DNA of 64,000 bases. Source: a bacterium. GTDB lineage: Bacteria; Acidobacteriota; Aminicenantia; Aminicenantales; Aminicenantaceae. Positions 59,134 to 64,000 of this stretch are shown piece by piece. Location: NCBI GenBank assembly GCA_018335295.1, contig JAGXKI010000005.1, positions 20,658 through 84,657 of the forward strand, given 5' to 3'. The number at the start of each line of letters is the position of its first letter. Within the stretch, counting starts at the first letter, position 1. The notes beneath the pieces are model-generated. The model saw nothing but the letters and a program-made list of their open reading frames with translations, searched no databases and was not told the DNA's origin. The translations under genes were made by a program, and so were the position numbers.

Positions 59134-60511
59134 GCTCTTTCATTCGGACTGTAAAATGTCTCAAATAGGGGGGTTCATAAGCAATTTTCAACCCTTTGAT
59201 TTTATCTCTCTTTTTATAAATTTTTTCCAATGCTTCAGCCACATAATGAAGATGGGAGGCTGTGTAAACCCTGCGGGGGATAGCCAGCCGGACCATTTCC
59301 AGCGGAGGAAAAACTTTTTTTCCTGTTTGAGGATCTGTAAAAGCAAACATCACTCCCCCGATTTCCACCGCTCTTATTCCAGATTCTCGGTATAAAGCTA
59401 CCGTAAGGGCCCATCCTGGAAATTGATGCCGGGGGATATGGGGGAGAAATTGGTCCGCTAAGATATATACGGCATGACCTCCTACCGGTTTATACAGGGG
59501 TATTCCTGCTTCTTGGAGAAGTTTACCCAGGTAATGGACCTGCTGAATCCGGTGTTTCAGATATTCTTCCTCTATCACTTCATCCAAACCTGCGGAAATG
59601 GCCTCCATATCTCTCCCGGCCAAACCTCCATAAGTGGGAAATCCTTCACTGATGATAAGGATATTTTTGATCTTTTGGACCAAGTCATCATCTTGAAGAG
59701 CGATGAATCCTCCTATATTGACCAAAGCATCTTTCTTGGCGCTCATCGTCACTCCCTGGACATAGGAAAACATCTCTCGGGCGATATTCAATAGAGATTT
59801 TTGCCCGTATCCTTTCTCCCTCTTCTTGATGAAATACACATTTTCAGCGAATCGGCAGGCATCAAAAAAGAAAGGAATCCCAGCCTCCCTACAGATCTGG
59901 CTCACCTCTCGGATATTCGCCATAGAGACCGGCTGCCCCCCACCGCTGTTATTGGTTATGGTCATCATCACAAGGGGAATATTCTCCTTTCCTTTTTCCT
60001 GGATGAAACGGCGCAATTTATTTACATCCATATTTCCTTTAAACGGTGATTGGACTGATGGATTGTAAGCTTCATCCACAACCAAATTCACCGGGTAAGC
60101 TTCTCTCACCTTCACATTGGCTTGAGTGGTATCAAAATGGATGTTGTTGGGAACATAATCTCCTTTGCGAAGTAAGACTTGGAACAAAATTCTTTCAGCC
60201 GCTCTTCCCTGGTGGGTAGGGATCACGTGTTTGAATCCGGATATTCGCTGGACCGACTTTTCAAATCGAAAATAGCTCTGAGACCCCGCATAGGATTCAT
60301 CCCCTCTCATCATCCCCGCCCATTGATTGTGACTCATAGCCGAGGTGCCGCTATCTGTAAGGAGGTCGATGAAAATCTTTTCTCCCGGAATGTTAAATAT
60401 ATTCAATCCTGCATCCTGTATGATTCTTTCTCTTTCTTTCGCACTGGGTTTATGGATAGGCTCAACAGATTTAATTTTGTAAGGTTCCACCGGCATTTTT
60501 CCTTTTTTCAT
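59126..60511 (-). CDS. tnaA: Tryptophanase (beta-eliminating lyase family; tyrosine phenol-lyase not excluded)
   Basis: The N-terminus closely resembles TnaA (PVEPYKIKSVEPI, FIDLLTDSGTSAMS, AGMMRGDESYAGS). The PLP lysine region is present. Confidence 0.85.
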   Translation of the reverse strand: MKKGKMPVEPYKIKSVEPIHKPSAKERERIIQDAGLNIFNIPGEKIFIDLLTDSGTSAMSHNQWAGMMRGDESYAGSQSYFRFEKSVQRISGFKHVIPTHQGRAAERILFQVLLRKGDYVPNNIHFDTTQANVKVREAYPVNLVVDEAYNPSVQSPFKGNMDVNKLRRFIQEKGKENIPLVMMTITNNSGGGQPVSMANIREVSQICREAGIPFFFDACRFAENVYFIKKREKGYGQKSLLNIAREMFSYVQGVTMSAKKDALVNIGGFIALQDDDLVQKIKNILIISEGFPTYGGLAGRDMEAISAGLDEVIEEEYLKHRIQQVHYLGKLLQEAGIPLYKPVGGHAVYILADQFLPHIPRHQFPGWALTVALYRESGIRAVEIGGVMFAFTDPQTGKKVFPPLEMVRLAIPRRVYTASHLHYVAEALEKIYKKRDKIKGLKIAYEPPYLRHFTVRMKELT

Positions 60512-60566
60512 CTTTCTCTCTCCTTACAGAAATGGAATCAACCAGGGCTAAAAATCTCTTCCCGAC

Positions 60567-61466
60567 TTAAAAAGAAACCATATGCCGGAATTCTTTAAAT
60601 CTTTGTGTGATTTGGGAAAAGGATAAGTTTTTAAATCGGTTGATCCCAAAATCCTCAATGGCATAAGAAGCCTGAACACTGCCAAACACGGCCGCTTCAC
60701 GAATATTCTTCCATTCATAAGATTGAATTTTATCCAAATACCCCAAAAAACCTCCGGCAAAGCAGTCTCCGGCGCCAGTGGGATCAATCACTTCCTCACA
60801 GGGATGGGCGAGGATACCAAATACAAAATCTCTGCCTAAAAGGAGAGCTCCGTGTTCTCCTTTTTTGATGACCATCAAAGAGGGGCCCTTTTCCACCAAT
60901 TTCCTCCCTGCTTTCACCAAATTTTTTTCTTGGGCCAGCATCTTCACTTCTTCATCGTTGGCAAAAAACACATCAACTTTTTCCATTACCTCCAGTAAAG
61001 ATTGAGGCTTGTTTTGAATCCAATGATCGATTGTATCCATGGCTATCAGTTTGGGCTTTTCCACCTGGGAGACAATATCCAGCTGGAGATCTGGGTCTAT
61101 ATTACCAAGAAATATGATCTCCTGTTTCCTGTATTCAGGATGAAGTTGAGGCTTAAAATTCTTGAACACGTTGAGTTCGAGCTTCAAGGTGGTCCTTTTG
61201 TTAGGATCTTCTCCGTATTTCCCTTCCCAGTGAAATGTCTTTCCTGATTTAAGTTGAACTCCTCGGGTATCAATCCCTCTTGATTTCAAAAATTGAAGAG
61301 TTTCAGATGGAAAATCTTCTCCCACCACAGCCACAATTTTCGGGTTTGTGAAAAAACTCGCAGCCAAAGCACAGTAAGTGGCCGAACCACCCACAGTTTT
61401 TTCTCTTCTTCCATACGATGTCTCTATGGTATCAAAAGCGACCGAACCTACCACAATTAAACTCAC
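60567..61466 (-). CDS. PfkB-family carbohydrate/nucleoside kinase (adenosine-kinase-like)
   Basis: The GG motif VGGSATY is at the N-terminus and the C-terminal DPTGAGDCFAGGF anion hole is present. Confidence 0.7.
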   Translation of the reverse strand: MSLIVVGSVAFDTIETSYGRREKTVGGSATYCALAASFFTNPKIVAVVGEDFPSETLQFLKSRGIDTRGVQLKSGKTFHWEGKYGEDPNKRTTLKLELNVFKNFKPQLHPEYRKQEIIFLGNIDPDLQLDIVSQVEKPKLIAMDTIDHWIQNKPQSLLEVMEKVDVFFANDEEVKMLAQEKNLVKAGRKLVEKGPSLMVIKKGEHGALLLGRDFVFGILAHPCEEVIDPTGAGDCFAGGFLGYLDKIQSYEWKNIREAAVFGSVQASYAIEDFGINRFKNLSFSQITQRFKEFRHMVSF

Positions 61467-61482
61467 AGATCATTTCTCCTTT

Positions 61483-62367
61483 TTAAATTTCTACATACTT
61501 TTGAATGATAAAACGGAGTCTTTTCTTGGCATCAGAAGAAATATGGTCAGGTTGAGTAACAATACAATTTTTTAAAGCCTCCACACATTCACACTTTCCA
61601 CTTCTCTCATCAGAAAGTGAGACCACAGCTTTTTTGATTACTGCCTTCGCATTATGAATATTCTGACGCAAATTTTCAATAATCATCTCTACAGATACAG
61701 ATTCTTCCTTTTCATGCCAGACATCATAGTCTGTGACCAGATTCATGGTGGCATAGCAAATTTCGGCTTCTCGGCACAGCTTGGCTTCGGACACACTGGT
61801 CATTCCAATAACATCAAATCCCCAAGACCGATAAAGGTTGGATTCAGCCACAGTGGAAAAAGCAGGTCCTTCGATGCAAATATATGTTCCTCCCAAATGA
61901 GCTTTCAAGCCAAGGTCTCTGGCTCCCTCATAAAGCACTTTGGAAAGCTCTGAACATACAGGATGAGCAAAACTGATATGAGCCACAATTCCATCACCAA
62001 AAAAGGTGTTCAGTCGGTGTGTTCGATCAAAATACTGATCGGAAAACACCATATCTCTGGGTTCGATAGATTCTTTAAGGGACCCTACTGAATTTACTGA
62101 TATCACCCTCTCTACTCCTATCATCTTGAAGGCGTAAATGTTAGCTCTGTAGTTTATCTCGGAAGGTTGGAGGCGATGGCCCGGCCCATGTCGGCTGAGA
62201 AAAGCCACTTTTTTCCCTTCTAAGACACCGATAACCACAGAAGAAGAGGGACTTCCGAAGGGAGTCCGAAGATCTATTTTTTCTTTGACCTCCAGGCCTT
62301 CCATTTCATAAAGTCCTGTTCCTCCCAAAATACCAATTTTGACTAGGGGAAGTTTTTCTTGATTCAT
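61483..62367 (-). CDS. mtnP: S-methyl-5'-thioadenosine / purine nucleoside phosphorylase (PNP/MTAP family)
   Basis: KIGILGGTGLY with MTAP-like phosphate- and purine-binding regions. The start is at the Met preceded by GGAGG. Confidence 0.8.
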   Translation of the reverse strand: MNQEKLPLVKIGILGGTGLYEMEGLEVKEKIDLRTPFGSPSSSVVIGVLEGKKVAFLSRHGPGHRLQPSEINYRANIYAFKMIGVERVISVNSVGSLKESIEPRDMVFSDQYFDRTHRLNTFFGDGIVAHISFAHPVCSELSKVLYEGARDLGLKAHLGGTYICIEGPAFSTVAESNLYRSWGFDVIGMTSVSEAKLCREAEICYATMNLVTDYDVWHEKEESVSVEMIIENLRQNIHNAKAVIKKAVVSLSDERSGKCECVEALKNCIVTQPDHISSDAKKRLRFIIQKYVEI

Positions 62368-62480
62368 TTTTCCTCCTGTTCCAAGATTATTGATATATAA
62401 TTTATGAGAAGCCAAGTCAAGGAATCAAAACTTTACTCTTCATTTCTTTTTGGGTATCCTATTGGCCAGAGGAAGGAAAA

Positions 62481-63233
62481 ATGACTCTTCAGTCCAGTAT
62501 ATCTTCTTTAGTGAAACAACTTGCTTCCACCCAAAAAGTGACCGTGCTCTCAGGAGCCGGCATTTCAGCTGAATCAGGAATCCCTACATTTCGAGGAAAA
62601 GAAGGACTCTGGAAAAAATATAGAGCTCAGGATCTGGCAACTCTTTCGTCTTTCATGAAAGACCCCAAATTGGTTTGGGAATGGTATGATTGGCGGAGAA
62701 AAATCATCGCATCAAAAGAACCCAACCCTGGACATAAAATACTCGCAAAATGGGAGAACTATTTTCCTTCATTCGTCCTCATTACCCAGAATGTGGATGG
62801 CCTCCATCAAAAAGCAGGATCCCAAAATGTCCTAGAACTTCACGGAAATATCTGGAAGCTTCGGTGCACCCAAGAAGGAACTTTATTTGAAAATCATGAA
62901 GTCCCCTTAAAAGAACTCCCTCCCCGTTGCCCCCAGTGTGGAGGTCTTTTAAGGCCCCATGTAGTCTGGTTTGGTGAATCCCTTCCCACAACCACCTTAA
63001 ATAAGGCTTTTACAGAAAGCAGCCGGTGTGAAATGATGTTTTCGATCGGCACCTCTGCCGTGGTCCAACCTGCTGCATCACTCCCTCTAAAAGCTGTAGA
63101 ATCAGGGGCTAAAGTCGTGGAGATAAACCCGGTTTCTACTCCCGTTACTTCTTACTCTGAATTTTCATTCAGAGGGAATGCCGGAGAAATACTCCCCCAA
63201 ATCGATAAGAAGCTCCCCTCGGAGCATCTCTAA
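62481..63233 (+). CDS. cobB: NAD-dependent protein deacylase (sirtuin, CobB-like)
   Basis: GAGISAESGIPTFRG, a catalytic His in the HG context, and a Zn-ribbon CPQCGG. Confidence 0.85.
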   Translation: MTLQSSISSLVKQLASTQKVTVLSGAGISAESGIPTFRGKEGLWKKYRAQDLATLSSFMKDPKLVWEWYDWRRKIIASKEPNPGHKILAKWENYFPSFVLITQNVDGLHQKAGSQNVLELHGNIWKLRCTQEGTLFENHEVPLKELPPRCPQCGGLLRPHVVWFGESLPTTTLNKAFTESSRCEMMFSIGTSAVVQPAASLPLKAVESGAKVVEINPVSTPVTSYSEFSFRGNAGEILPQIDKKLPSEHL

Positions 63234-63255
63234 GTTAAAAGGAGAAAAGAAGGAA

Positions 63256-64000
63256 TGTATTATGTGCACCTGGATGCCTCCTCAGGGGTAAGTGGAGATA
63301 TGCTTCTAGCGGCTTTTCTCGACCTGGGGGTATCCCCTTCTCTTTTCAAGCAGGAAATGGACAAGTTAGGTCTTTCTGTAAAGATAGAAATCAAGGAGAC
63401 CCAAAGAACTTCTTTAAGAGGCTTGAAAGTGGATGTTCAACTTCTGGAACAAAGGCAAATGGCTCGAAAGTGGGCTGACGTCAAAAAACTCATCCAGGAA
63501 AAACCTCTTCCTGACTCAGTTATAAAAAACGCCCTGAGGGTATTCAAAAATCTTTTTCAAGCTGAATCCAAAGTCCATGGCTGCCCTTTTCATGAAGTGC
63601 ATCTCCATGAAGTCGGAGCGGATGATGCCATCATCGACATTGTGGGCTTTTGTTATTTGTATCATATTCTCAAAATAAAGGATTTCTATTCTTCTCCTTT
63701 AAACTTAGGAAAAGGATGGGTTAAGACCGATCATGGCCTTCTTCCGGTTCCTCCCCCAGCTGTTGCGGAACTTTTAAAGAATAAACCGGTTTATTCTGCC
63801 CATGCACAAAATGAACTAGTTACTCCCACGGGAGCCGCCATTGTTTCCACCCTCTGCAAACAATTCATTCAATCTCCTGAACTTTGCTATGAAAAAATTG
63901 GCTACGGTGCAGGGACTCGAAACATTCCTGGTTTTCCCAATATTCTCCGGGCATTCTACGGAAATATAAAAAAATCTCCATCCGATCACAAAATATATAT
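63256..64000 (+). CDS. larC: LarC-family nickel insertion protein (UPF0272), 5' partial (runs off the window end)
   Basis: The open frame is not in the supplied ORF track because no stop falls within the window. The translation MYYVHLDASSGVSGDMLLAAFLDLGV...HLHEVGADDAIIDIVG matches the LarC N-terminal domain. Confidence 0.7.

Noticed and set aside
1-64000. CRISPR arrays, rRNA and tRNA genes
   Set aside because: No regularly spaced direct repeats were seen, and no cloverleaf-compatible or rRNA-like conserved stretches in any intergenic region.

Overview
A 64 kb chromosomal window of roughly 42% GC, densely coded on both strands with mostly core metabolism. It looks like a peptide- and amino-acid-fermenting bacterium, possibly an uncultured or candidate lineage; no taxon can be assigned from the sequence alone.

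Left to right:
- A GT2 polysaccharide synthase with a HEAT-repeat partner.
- A complete, translationally coupled his operon on the minus strand: hisG, hisC, a HAD phosphatase, hisB, hisH, hisF, an unusual hisA-hisI-hisE triple fusion, then hisD.
- A stand-alone TrpB2-type tryptophan synthase beta subunit.
- A ~300-nt GC-rich structured element that looks like an unclassified ncRNA.
- A PAS-GGDEF diguanylate cyclase.
- An alanine/cation symporter and a DPP-IV family S9 peptidase.
- A multidomain DegV-DAK2 fusion protein; its upstream region has a perfect 22-bp inverted-repeat pair.
- A PilZ protein followed by a tricorn-like protease.
- A GC-rich decayed IS transposase.
- Two tandem secreted amidohydrolases; the second lacks the HxH metal motif.
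- A zinc alcohol dehydrogenase, a YprB-like nuclease, YjbQ, a dGTPase and YggS.
- An iorA-iorB-acd operon (indolepyruvate:ferredoxin oxidoreductase plus ADP-forming acyl-CoA synthetase).
- An iscR-iscS-nadA-larE-like operon, plus a second Rrf2 regulator.
- A decaheme MtrA-like cytochrome immediately followed by a 629-aa outer-membrane beta-barrel and by system II cytochrome c biogenesis genes (ccsB/ccsA).
- mnmA, yebC-ruvCAB-queA, and a tryptophanase in an operon with a PfkB kinase and MTA phosphorylase.
- A sirtuin followed by a partial LarC at the window end.

No rRNA, tRNA or CRISPR array was found.

The most notable candidate system is the two-component MtrAB/PioAB-like porin-cytochrome conduit with dedicated heme-maturation genes, a putative extracellular electron transfer module.
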